Of a DNA stretch of 64,000 nt, positions 1 to 9,036 are shown piece by piece; the first letter of the stretch is position 1; each line of letters starts with the position of its first letter. Origin of the DNA: Planctomycetota bacterium. GTDB taxonomy: Bacteria > Planctomycetota > Brocadiia > CAIUPP01. The notes below the pieces were generated by a model. It worked only from the letters and a program-made list of their open reading frames with translations, made no database searches and was not told the DNA's origin. The position numbers and the translations under genes are program-made. The stretch spans positions 260,515-324,514 of the forward strand of contig JAKJEM010000001.1 in assembly GCA_022705425.1 (NCBI GenBank), written 5' to 3'.

Positions 1-318
1 GACGCCCTCTGCGCCGTCCCCGGGCTCGACGCCGTCTTCATGGGCCCCAACGATCTCAGCGTCTCGATGGGGATTCCCGAGGAGCGGGACAACCCGCTTT
101 TCATTGACGCCATGCAGCGGATCATCGCCGTGGCCGCACGCCACGGCGTGGCGGCCGGCGCGCACTTCTCGCACCTGCCGCATGCGCTTCGGATGATCCG
201 GCAAGGCGCGCGCTTCATCCCGTTCAGCAGCGATCTTCGTTTCGTCCAGCTTGGGCTTGTCGAGTCGCTGGCGGCGCTCCGCGGCGCATCCGGGCCGGCG
301 AAGGACCGGGTGATCTGA
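1..318 (+). CDS. HpcH/HpaI aldolase family protein (5'-partial)
   Basis: Frame open from base 1: DALCAVPGLDAVFMGPNDLSVSMG...AAG.H, the typical HpcH C-terminal half. Confidence 0.8.
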   Translation, partial: DALCAVPGLDAVFMGPNDLSVSMGIPEERDNPLFIDAMQRIIAVAARHGVAAGAHFSHLPHALRMIRQGARFIPFSSDLRFVQLGLVESLAALRGASGPAKDRVI

Positions 319-368
319 CGGGGACTGCGGGCGACGCACATCGAAACCTGATCTTGTGGAGGACGGCA

Positions 369-1337
369 ATGTCGCATCGGCGCTTTCTGTCGGCGGTCGT
401 CGCGATCCTTCTGGCGGCAACGGTATGGGCGGCGGGGGACGCGCCCGCTCCGGCGGCGTCGGCGGCGTCTCCCGCGCCGAAGGACGGCGTGACCGAGGGC
501 GGCCCCGTGGCCATACGCGTCGGGGTCTATGTCCTCAACCTCGGCAAACTGGACATCAGCACCGGCTCCTACACCGTGGATTTCTACATGTCCATGAAGT
601 CCGACCAGCCCATGAGCGAACCGGCTTTCGAGTTCACCAACGGGCGCGCCGCCAGCATCGAAAAGCTCGAAGACAAACCCACCGAGAAGTTCTACCGCAT
701 CCTGGCCAACCTCAACACCCCCATTGACCTTCGCAAGTTCCCCTACGACAAGCAGGAACTGCGCATCGTTATCGAGGACAAACGCGAGACGATCGAGAAG
801 CTCAAGTACGTCCCCAATCCCTCCGAAACGGCCATTGACCCCGCCATCGTCTTCCCCGGCTGGATTCTCGACGACTGGCGCGCCACGTCCGTCGAGCACG
901 ACTACCCCGTCTATGGCGAGAAGTACTCCCAGTACATCTTTGCCGTCCAGATTCACCGCATCAAAATGAACTCCTTCCTCAAGACCTTCCTGCCCGTCCT
1001 CTTCATCATGCTCATCGTCGTGTGCAGCTTCTTCATGGACGAGGACAAGATCATCACCCGCATGGCGACGATCAGCTCCGCCTTGATCGCCTCGGTGATG
1101 TTCCACGTGTCCATCTCGAACCAGATTCCTCCCGTCAGCTACGTCACCTTCGCCGACAAGTTCATGATGACCACCTATCTGGTCCTGTTGCTCTGCTACT
1201 TCCTGAGCCTGGCGGTCTTTGTGCTGCACGGCAAGGCCAGCGCCGAGCGCGCCAAGCGGCTTCACCGGATGGGCGAACTCATCGCCTTCTTCGGCGTGCC
1301 GGCGCTCTACTCGATCCTCTTCATCTTCCTGCGGTGA
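369..1337 (+). CDS. Prokaryotic pentameric ligand-gated ion channel (GLIC/ELIC-like)
   Basis: Signal peptide, beta-rich extracellular domain with LRKFPYDKQEL (Pro-loop), GW motif, pre-M1 Arg, M1 Pro (FLPVL), M2-M3 loop IPPVSYVT, four TM helices; ATG at 369 chosen as start. Confidence 0.85.
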   Translation: MSHRRFLSAVVAILLAATVWAAGDAPAPAASAASPAPKDGVTEGGPVAIRVGVYVLNLGKLDISTGSYTVDFYMSMKSDQPMSEPAFEFTNGRAASIEKLEDKPTEKFYRILANLNTPIDLRKFPYDKQELRIVIEDKRETIEKLKYVPNPSETAIDPAIVFPGWILDDWRATSVEHDYPVYGEKYSQYIFAVQIHRIKMNSFLKTFLPVLFIMLIVVCSFFMDEDKIITRMATISSALIASVMFHVSISNQIPPVSYVTFADKFMMTTYLVLLLCYFLSLAVFVLHGKASAERAKRLHRMGELIAFFGVPALYSILFIFLR

Positions 1338-1346
1338 GGCGGCGTC

Positions 1347-3083
1347 ATGGCCCCTGCGCGCATCCCGCGTCCCGAGCACCCCGAACCGCAGCGCCTCCGC
1401 GAGGATTGGCTGAACCTGAACGGCCCGTGGGAGTTCGAGTTTGACCCGGGCCTCAGCGGCGAGGAGCGCGGCTGGCACGAGGGCTCCTGCGCGTTCAGCC
1501 GCCGTATCCGGGCGCCGTTCTGCCCCGAAAGCGCGCTCTCCGGCGTCGGTTGCCGGGACTTCATGCCCGGCGTGTGGTACCGGCGGCACGTTGTCCTGCC
1601 TGCGGCATGGCGCGGGAAGCGGGTTCGCCTGCACGTCGGCGCGGCCGACTACGATACTGCCCTCTGGGTCAACGGGCGGCTCGCGGGGACGCATCGCGGC
1701 GGATATGTCCCCTTCGTCTTCGACGTGACCGACCTTGTCAAGGCCGGACGCAACACCATAACCCTTCGCGCGGCCGACGACACCCGCAGCCCCCTCCAGC
1801 CCACGGGCAAGCAGTCCCGCCGATACGAATCCCACGGCTGCCGCTACACCCGGACCACCGGCCTGTGGCAGACCGTCTGGCTCGAAGCCGTTGGACAGAC
1901 CTATCTGCGCGACTTCCGCTTCCTGCCGGCGTCGGGGCGGGTGACCGTTCTTGCCCGGCTTGAAGGCGACCCTTCGGGCCTCGTTCTTGATGTCGCCGTG
2001 ACCGCCGCCGGGCGCGCGGTCGGGCGCGCCGAGGCGCCCGCCGCCGGGACCACGGCCCTGACTGTGGATCTCTCCGAAACCCGCCTTTGGAACCCCGGCA
2101 AGCCCTTCCTGTATGATGTCCTCTTCACCTTGCGCCGCGGCGCGCGCGTCGTGGACCGCCTCCGCTCCTACTTCGGAATCCGCGACCTCCGCATCGCCGG
2201 ACGCCGGTTCCTCATCAACGACCGGCCCGTCTTCCAGCGCCTGGTCCTCGACCAGGGGTTCTATCCCGACGGCATCTACACCGCGCCCGACGATGCCGCT
2301 CTGCGGCGCGACATCGAACTCGCGCAGACGATGGGCTTCAACGGCGCGCGGCTGCACGAGAAAGTATTCGAGCCCCGTTTCCTCCACTGGGCCGACCGGC
2401 TCGGATATCTCGTGTGGGGTGAATATCCCAACTGGGGCCTGGACCACGCCCACCCGTCCGCGCTCGAGCGCATGCTGCCGGAGTGGACGGAGGTTGTGCA
2501 CCGCGACTGGAACCACCCCTGCCTCGTCGGCTGGTGTCCCTTCAACGAAACACCGGCGCACCAGAACCCCGAGCTGATCCGCGCCGTGTACCGCGCCACG
2601 AAGGCTCTCGACCCCACTCGTCCCGTCCTCGACACAAGCGGCTACCAGCACGTCGAGACGGACGTGGATGACTGCCACAGCTACGAGCAGGACCCCGCCG
2701 CCTTTGCCGCGCTCTTCGAGCCCATGAAGCGCGGCGGCCCCGTCTGGCACAACCGCGCCCAGGACGCGCCGAATCGGGGCCAACCCTACTTCGTCAGCGA
2801 GTACGGCGGCATCTGGTGGAACCCCGGCCAGGCCGATGACAGGGGCTGGGGCTACGGCGGCGCAGCCCGCCGTCCTCGCTCTGAGGCGGAGTTCCTCGCC
2901 CGTTATCGCGCGCTGACGGAGACCCTGCTGCGGCACCCGGAGATGTTCGGTTTCTGCTACACGCAGCTCTACGACGTGGAGCAGGAGGTCAACGGTCTCC
3001 ATACCTACTCCCGCCGCCCGAAGTTCGATCCCGCTGTCATCCGCGCCATCAATGCCCAGCGGGCGGCGATCGAGGGAGAATAG
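1347..3083 (+). CDS. Glycoside hydrolase family 2 (beta-galactosidase/beta-glucuronidase-like)
   Basis: WLNLNGPWEF, GLWQTVWLE, LVLDQGFYPDG, GFNGARLHEK, WNHPCLVGWCPFNE, SEYGG, TQLYDVEQEVNG. Confidence 0.9.
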   Translation: MAPARIPRPEHPEPQRLREDWLNLNGPWEFEFDPGLSGEERGWHEGSCAFSRRIRAPFCPESALSGVGCRDFMPGVWYRRHVVLPAAWRGKRVRLHVGAADYDTALWVNGRLAGTHRGGYVPFVFDVTDLVKAGRNTITLRAADDTRSPLQPTGKQSRRYESHGCRYTRTTGLWQTVWLEAVGQTYLRDFRFLPASGRVTVLARLEGDPSGLVLDVAVTAAGRAVGRAEAPAAGTTALTVDLSETRLWNPGKPFLYDVLFTLRRGARVVDRLRSYFGIRDLRIAGRRFLINDRPVFQRLVLDQGFYPDGIYTAPDDAALRRDIELAQTMGFNGARLHEKVFEPRFLHWADRLGYLVWGEYPNWGLDHAHPSALERMLPEWTEVVHRDWNHPCLVGWCPFNETPAHQNPELIRAVYRATKALDPTRPVLDTSGYQHVETDVDDCHSYEQDPAAFAALFEPMKRGGPVWHNRAQDAPNRGQPYFVSEYGGIWWNPGQADDRGWGYGGAARRPRSEAEFLARYRALTETLLRHPEMFGFCYTQLYDVEQEVNGLHTYSRRPKFDPAVIRAINAQRAAIEGE

Positions 3084-3153
3084 AGCGCGTCGCGCGCAAG
3101 GCCTGCGGCCGCATTCGGTCGGCCTTGGCCGTCACCGCATGAAAGGAACGGAG

Positions 3154-4224
3154 ATGGGCCTTCGCGAAGTCCAAGCGTCCGTGTGTGGGCTGAACGGTCT
3201 GCGGGTGGGGTTCGTCGGGCTCGGCCACAACGGCATCGCGCACGCGAAGGCGCACCGGCGGGTCGGGAAGTCCGTGGTGCAGGCGCTGTGCGATCGGAAC
3301 GCAACGCGGCTGGCCGAAGCCGGACGGGAACTCGGTGTGACGCGACTCTATGAGGGCGACGAAATCTACTCGGACCCGACAGTGGACGCGATCTCGATCC
3401 ACACCGGCGACCCGTTTCACGTCGAGCCGTTCCTCAAGGCGCTTGAGCACGGAAAACACGTGCTCGTCGAGAAGCCCGTGGCGAATAGCATCGAGCAGTT
3501 GCGGCAGATGGCCGACGCGGCAAGGCAGGCGGATCGGAGGCTGAAGATCCAGTGCGGGTACGTTCTGCGCTTTGACGCCGTATTCGAAGCCGTGCAGGAG
3601 CTATGCCGCAAGGGGATGATCGGGCGCATCTTCTACATGGAGGCCGACTACATCCACAATCTCCACTACCAGAAGGACCGGGCGGATCCGACGACGGGGC
3701 GGAACTGGTACCTGGAGGAGGAGCAGCCGATCGTGGGCGGCGGAAGCCATGAGCTGGACCTGCTCCGGTGGTTCAGCGGACGCGAGGTCGTCGAGACGAC
3801 CGGTTACGCGAACCATGTGGCCTTTCCCGAGATGCGTCATGACGACTTGCAGGTGGCGCTCTTCCGCTTCGACGACGGCGCCGTCGCGAAGGTCGCAGCG
3901 GCCTACGGTCCGATGACCGCGCGTCCGCCCTATGCCAATCTGGTCCTCTACGGCACGCGGGGGACGGTAAAGGACGACAGCGTCGCCATCGCAAGCGGCC
4001 CGCACAACGCGCATCCGGCCTTCAGGCCGATCGGCGGGCCGAGGACGAAGGGGCATCCTTTCGAGCCGGAGATCGCCGACTGGCTGGCGGCCATCGCGGA
4101 GGACCGGCCGACGCGCTGCGGCTTCTTCGACGGCGCGAACTCGACGGCGGCGACGCTCGTGGCCGTCGAGGCGATCGCGCAGCGGCGGCCGTTGCCCGTT
4201 CCGGTGTTCACACCGCATTCGTAG
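3154..4224 (+). CDS. Gfo/Idh/MocA family oxidoreductase
   Basis: VGFVGLGHNG Rossmann motif, HVLVEKP, GGGSHELD; SD-like AAAGGAACGGAG before ATG 3154. Confidence 0.9.
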   Translation: MGLREVQASVCGLNGLRVGFVGLGHNGIAHAKAHRRVGKSVVQALCDRNATRLAEAGRELGVTRLYEGDEIYSDPTVDAISIHTGDPFHVEPFLKALEHGKHVLVEKPVANSIEQLRQMADAARQADRRLKIQCGYVLRFDAVFEAVQELCRKGMIGRIFYMEADYIHNLHYQKDRADPTTGRNWYLEEEQPIVGGGSHELDLLRWFSGREVVETTGYANHVAFPEMRHDDLQVALFRFDDGAVAKVAAAYGPMTARPPYANLVLYGTRGTVKDDSVAIASGPHNAHPAFRPIGGPRTKGHPFEPEIADWLAAIAEDRPTRCGFFDGANSTAATLVAVEAIAQRRPLPVPVFTPHS

Positions 4225-4296
4225 CGCAGCGCGCAAGGCCGGGCGCGGGGGCGCGACGCCGTCGCCCGAGTTGTGGCGCGCTCCGCACAAATGCGC

Positions 4297-4328
4297 CGGG
4301 GAAGCGGCTCGCGCGAACCGCTTCCCCG
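4297..4328. terminator. Strong hairpin between convergent genes (possible bidirectional terminator)
   Basis: CGGGGAAGCGG...CCGCTTCCCCG, 11-bp perfect stem; no clear U-tract. Confidence 0.5.
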
Positions 4329-4348
4329 TCCATGTTTTCCGGCGTGCG

Positions 4349-5701
4349 CTACCGGCGGAAGAACTGCGGCAGCCACCGGCGGTTGGCTTCGAGCAGTTCC
4401 TCCATCATCTTCTCCATCTGGCGGAAGTCGCGGATCGAACCGCACATGGGGTCGTTGAGCATCACCTGCAAGACCATCTTCCGGTCGCCCGTCAGGGCCG
4501 CCTCGACGGTCATCTCCTGGTTGGCGGCATGGCGCTGGATCTGGGTCAGGATCGCCGGCGGCACGTCGCCCACGGGCAGGCCGTAAACGTGATCGCGCGA
4601 GATGAGGCCCATCGTCTCCACCACGACGCCGTTCGCGATGCCCGGCACCTGTCCCTCGTTGGGGATGTTGACGATGTCCTTCCATTCCGCCACGCCCGCC
4701 AGCGCGGCCACGACCTTGCTGGTGGCCTCCTGTGAGCACTCGGCCTTGATCGGCTCCTCGCTGGCGGTGATCTTGCGGACGCGCTCCTTCCAGCGCGGCG
4801 TGAAGCCGTTGCGGCGGTCCTCGATGCGCGTCAGCTTGACTCCGTACTCCTCGCACTGCTTTTCTTCGGTACAGAAGTAGGGGAAGAACTCGACGATGTG
4901 GCGGTCGCCGGCGGCCGGCAGGCAGCCGTAGGCCTGGAAGAGCTCAAACTTGACCTGATTGCTCCCGACGAGGGTCTCATCGAAAGCCGTGCCGGCGCCC
5001 TTCTTCGTGGAAAGCGCTGCCGTGTTCTTCGCCAGCGCCCGGCGGATGAGGGGGAAGGCGTCTTGTCCGTTGTACTTCAGGCGGGTGATCCACGGCATGT
5101 GGTTGACGCCCACGCTGACGCAATCGAAGTCCTTGCGCCAGTCCTTGGCCCCGAGGAGCTTCTGGAGGCGCGCCAGCGTGCCGTAGAGTTCGTGGCACAG
5201 GCCGATGCACCGAACGTCCGTCTCACGCCAGACACAGCGCGTGAGGGTCGTCATGGGGTTCGTGATGTTCAGGATCCAGGCGTCGGGGCAGTAGCGCTCC
5301 ATCTGCTTCGCCAGCTTGACGACGACGGGAATATTGCGCAGCGCGCGGCTGATGCCGCCGGGGCCGACGGTGTCGCCCACCGGTTGCCAGATGCCGTACT
5401 TGTACGGAATCTTCAGGTCGTTCTCCATGGCGTCGTAGGCCCCCGTCGTGATCGTCAGGATCACGTAGTCGGCGCCGCGCAGGGCCTTCTCCGCGCTGAG
5501 TGTGGCGCTCAGCTTGAACCGCCGCGTCTTGCCCAGCTGTCCCAGAATCGCCTTGCAGCAGGCGTGCAGGTCGCTCAGGTGCTTGGCGTTGATGTCCTGC
5601 AGGACGATCTCGGCCCCCTCCAGTCCCGGCGTGCAGATGAAGTCGCGAAAGAGCGTCGGCGTCCAGCAGTACGAACCTCCTCCCACCACGGTGATCTTCA
5701 T
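4349..5701 (-). CDS. Glycoside hydrolase family 4 (NAD+-dependent; alpha-galactosidase/alpha-galacturonidase-like)
   Basis: MKITVVGGGS, DTVGPGG, NITNPM, GLCHE, GVNH, GDRHIVEFFP. Confidence 0.9.
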   Translation of the reverse strand: MKITVVGGGSYCWTPTLFRDFICTPGLEGAEIVLQDINAKHLSDLHACCKAILGQLGKTRRFKLSATLSAEKALRGADYVILTITTGAYDAMENDLKIPYKYGIWQPVGDTVGPGGISRALRNIPVVVKLAKQMERYCPDAWILNITNPMTTLTRCVWRETDVRCIGLCHELYGTLARLQKLLGAKDWRKDFDCVSVGVNHMPWITRLKYNGQDAFPLIRRALAKNTAALSTKKGAGTAFDETLVGSNQVKFELFQAYGCLPAAGDRHIVEFFPYFCTEEKQCEEYGVKLTRIEDRRNGFTPRWKERVRKITASEEPIKAECSQEATSKVVAALAGVAEWKDIVNIPNEGQVPGIANGVVVETMGLISRDHVYGLPVGDVPPAILTQIQRHAANQEMTVEAALTGDRKMVLQVMLNDPMCGSIRDFRQMEKMMEELLEANRRWLPQFFRR

Positions 5702-5722
5702 GCGTTCTTCCTCGAAGAGAAC

Positions 5723-6637
5723 TCAGCCATAGAGCTTGTGGATTCGCGTCAGGACGTCCGCCTGCGTCAGGGGGATCGTCAGCGGCAGCAGGGCATAGCG
5801 CCCGTCCAGGTCCTTGCAGTCGAGGATGACATGCCGCGCGTTGGGCACGTGCAGCCCCTCCTTGCACGCCGTGTGTCCCACGATCAGCACGTCCGCGTCC
5901 AGGCGCGCGGCGAAGGCGTCCGCCGCCTCCGGTCGGTAGTCCCGCCCCCAGAGAAGGGAGAAGACCGGCCCCTCGCGCCGGAAGATTTCGTCGGGCGTCA
6001 CCCGGCGGAAGTAATCGAGGCTGAACGCCTCCGCCTTCTCCAACCGGGGCGTCGAGTGGCTCACCAGCAGGCGGTTTTCCGTGTGAATGGCCAGCGGACA
6101 ACTCCGCCAGAAGCGATGGTAGGCCTGGATCACGTCGTCGCTGCGGAAGCCGTAGGCCACCTCCACCCCGTCGCGAAAGGCGGAATTCAACTCGCGCCCG
6201 CGCTTGCCGATCTCCAGGTTCAACAACTCGGAGAACTCGTGATTTCCCAGGAGGATGTGGACCTGGTGGGGGAAGGTTGTCTTCAGGCGGGCGGCCATCT
6301 CGATCAACCGGTATGAGCGGCAGACTTCGGTGATCGAATCAAGCTCGTGGACGAGTTCCTGAAGGACGAGGTAGCGATCGCGATAGCGCTGGAGGTTCGC
6401 CAGTTGGGTAATGCGGCGCAGATTGGCCGTGTGGCCGTGCAGGTCGCCGGTGACCATGACTTCCCCCAGCGCCGGAAGTTCGATCAGGTACCCGCGACGG
6501 CAGGAGTCGTTGATGTTCGCCTTGGTTGCCGCGTCCATCAGGGCGATGGCCAGGTCGGCTCCCACAGGCAGTGCATCGTCTTCGGTCATCGGCGGCGCCG
6601 GGGTCTCAAAGGTCGGAAAGGCCGTCCCGCTACTCAT
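5723..6637 (-). CDS. Metallophosphoesterase (calcineurin-like) with variant motif II
   Basis: GDLHGH, LQELVH, LLGNHE, SHS, VGHT; ATG at 6637 overlaps the stop of the upstream small ORF. Confidence 0.8.
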   Translation of the reverse strand: MSSGTAFPTFETPAPPMTEDDALPVGADLAIALMDAATKANINDSCRRGYLIELPALGEVMVTGDLHGHTANLRRITQLANLQRYRDRYLVLQELVHELDSITEVCRSYRLIEMAARLKTTFPHQVHILLGNHEFSELLNLEIGKRGRELNSAFRDGVEVAYGFRSDDVIQAYHRFWRSCPLAIHTENRLLVSHSTPRLEKAEAFSLDYFRRVTPDEIFRREGPVFSLLWGRDYRPEAADAFAARLDADVLIVGHTACKEGLHVPNARHVILDCKDLDGRYALLPLTIPLTQADVLTRIHKLYG

Positions 6638-6758
6638 CGGGGCTGGGCACGGTAAGCGGCAGGGTCGGCCGGTCGGGCGTGGGCTCGACAATCTCGCCGG
6701 CGCAGCCGATCAGCGCCGCCAGCATCAACGCCGCCAGCAAGGCCCACACGCGCGCCAT
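6630..6758 (-). CDS. Small 42-aa putative lipoprotein (not in ORF track)
   Basis: MARVWALLAALMLAALIGCAGEIVEPTPDRPTLPLTVPSPDE*; SD GGAGGG 4 nt before ATG; lipobox LIGC; stop overlaps the next ATG (GATGAGTAG). Confidence 0.6.
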   Translation of the reverse strand: MARVWALLAALMLAALIGCAGEIVEPTPDRPTLPLTVPSPDE

Positions 6759-6892
6759 GTCACCCTCCGCGGTCACGCATTCCTCTGTCCTGATGCGGCT
6801 GTGCGTCCGAGAGGAGTTTAACCGTCCCGCCCGGCGGAGTCAACAATGCCCGGCCGCGAAATGGCGCCCGCCGCCGGGGACGCGCGCCTGTC

Positions 6893-6921
6893 TTGCGCCC
6901 GCGCCTCGTCGGGGGTATTCT
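6893..6921 (+). promoter_or_regulatory. sigma70-like promoter for recG
   Basis: TTGCGC-17-TATTCT. Confidence 0.45.
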
Positions 6922-6969
6922 GACCCCAGAACGCCGTGGATCAGGGCGCGTTCCCCTCGGAGGTTGCCC

Positions 6970-9036
6970 ATGCCCGGACTCGACGACTCGGTTCAGTACG
7001 CCAAGGGCGTCGGGCCGGCGCGCCTCGACATGCTTAACCGCCTCGGCGTTCACAGCATCCGCGACCTGCTCTTCTTCGTTCCGCGCGACTACGAAGACCG
7101 GAGTCGCATCACGCCCATCAAGGACCTCCGCGTCGGCGACAAGGCCACCGTCCGCGCCCGAGTCATCGCCGCCGAAACGTACCGCGGCGGGCGCGGGCGC
7201 GCCATGGCCCGCGTCGAGGTGGCTGACGACACGGGGCATCTGCTCTGCCAGTGGTTCAACGCCCGCTACTTCCGCGCCGACCTCTTCACGCCGGGCCGCG
7301 AGATGATCATCAGCGGTACGGTCAGCTTCTACCGCGGCGTCCAGATGGTCTCCCCCCAGTGCGACCCGACCGACGGCGGCGAGGCATTCTCCGCCGCCCG
7401 CATCCTGCCGGTCTATCCCCTGACCGAGGACCTCCCGCAGAGCGGCCTGCGCCGCGTGATCCGGAGCGCCGTCGAGCAGCACGCGTCCGACCTGCCCGAT
7501 CCCTTCGACGCCGAGTACCTCAAGACGCGCGATCTTCCCGCGCTTTCCGAGGCCGTGCGGGCCATTCACGTCCCCGAGTCCCTCGAACAGGCCGCGCGCG
7601 CCCGCCGGCGCCTGGCCTATGACGAGCTCTTCATCCTGGAACTGGCGATGGCCCTCCGCCGCCGCGGCGTCCGCGCCGAGGAGTCGGGCATTGCCTTCCG
7701 CCTGACCCCCGAGATTGACGCGCGCATCCGGCGGCGGTTCCCTTTCGCGCTCACCGGCGCTCAGCGTCGCGTCATCGAGGAGATCGGCCGCGACATGCAG
7801 GCGCCCAAGGCTATGAACCGCCTCCTTCAGGGCGACGTCGGTTCCGGCAAGACGGTCGTCGCCCTCTACGCCATGCTTCTGGCCGTGGCCAACAAGCGGC
7901 AGGCGGCGCTCATGGCCCCGACGGAAATCCTCGCCGCCCAGCACCACGACACGCTCCGGCGGTACCTGGCCGGCAGCCGTGTGCGCCTCGAACTGTTCGC
8001 CGGAGGGCGTCCGGCGCGCGAGCGCGAAGCCGCCAATCGCCGCCTGGCCGCCGGGGAGATAGACATCGCCCTCGGCACGCACGCGCTTGTCGAGGGGGAC
8101 GTCCGCTTCCAGAACCTGGGTCTTGTCGTCGTGGACGAACAGCACAAGTTCGGCGTCCTCCAGCGCGCCCGCCTGCGCCAGAAGAGCCTCCATCCCGACG
8201 TGCTGCTCATGACCGCCACCCCCATCCCCCGGACGCTCGCCCTCACCGTCTTCGGCGACCTCGACGTTTCGACGCTGGACGAGATGCCGCCGGGACGGCG
8301 TCCGGTCGCTTCGCGCTGGTACCCGCCGGAGAAGCTCCGCGACGCTCACGAGTTCATCCGCGCCCGCGTGGCCGCCGGCGAGCAGGCCTTCGTCGTCTAT
8401 CCCCTCGTCGAGGACTCCGAGACCCTCGACCTGAAGGCCGCCACCACCAGCGCCCTTCAGCTTCAGCGCGAGGTCTTCCCCGAGTTCCGGATCGGCCTCC
8501 TGCACGGGCGCATGAAGCCCGACGAAAAGGAACGCGTCATGGTCGAGTTCCGCGCCGGGCGCTACCACATCCTCGTCTCCACCATCGTCATCGAGGTCGG
8601 TATTGACGTGCCGAACTCCACGATCATGGTCATCGAACACGCCGAGCGCTACGGCCTGGCTCAACTGCATCAACTGCGCGGGCGGGTCGGCCGGGGCGAG
8701 AAGCCCTCCTTCTTCCTGCTCTTTGCCGAGCCGAAGAACGACGACGCCCGCCGCCGCCTGGACGTTATCTGCTCCACCACCGACGGTTTCAAGATCGCCG
8801 AGGAGGACCTTCGAATGCGCGGGCCGGGGGAGTTCTTCGGCACGCGCCAGCACGGTCTGCCGGAGCTGCGGCACGCCGACATTCTGCGCGATTTCCGGCT
8901 GCTGCAACTCGCCCGGCGCGACGCCTTCGATCGCGTCGCGCGCGATGCCCGCCTGGCCGATCCCGCCAATGCGCTCTTGCGGGCGCGCCTGGAGGAGACC
9001 TTCAAAGGGCGCATGGACCTGATCCAGGTCGGCTAG
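6970..9036 (+). CDS. recG: ATP-dependent DNA helicase RecG
   Basis: VQYAKGVG, RLLQGDVGSGKT, VDEQHKFG, MTATPIPRT, QLHQLRGRVGRG, DGFKIAEEDL.MRGPGE. Confidence 0.97.
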   Translation: MPGLDDSVQYAKGVGPARLDMLNRLGVHSIRDLLFFVPRDYEDRSRITPIKDLRVGDKATVRARVIAAETYRGGRGRAMARVEVADDTGHLLCQWFNARYFRADLFTPGREMIISGTVSFYRGVQMVSPQCDPTDGGEAFSAARILPVYPLTEDLPQSGLRRVIRSAVEQHASDLPDPFDAEYLKTRDLPALSEAVRAIHVPESLEQAARARRRLAYDELFILELAMALRRRGVRAEESGIAFRLTPEIDARIRRRFPFALTGAQRRVIEEIGRDMQAPKAMNRLLQGDVGSGKTVVALYAMLLAVANKRQAALMAPTEILAAQHHDTLRRYLAGSRVRLELFAGGRPAREREAANRRLAAGEIDIALGTHALVEGDVRFQNLGLVVVDEQHKFGVLQRARLRQKSLHPDVLLMTATPIPRTLALTVFGDLDVSTLDEMPPGRRPVASRWYPPEKLRDAHEFIRARVAAGEQAFVVYPLVEDSETLDLKAATTSALQLQREVFPEFRIGLLHGRMKPDEKERVMVEFRAGRYHILVSTIVIEVGIDVPNSTIMVIEHAERYGLAQLHQLRGRVGRGEKPSFFLLFAEPKNDDARRRLDVICSTTDGFKIAEEDLRMRGPGEFFGTRQHGLPELRHADILRDFRLLQLARRDAFDRVARDARLADPANALLRARLEETFKGRMDLIQVG

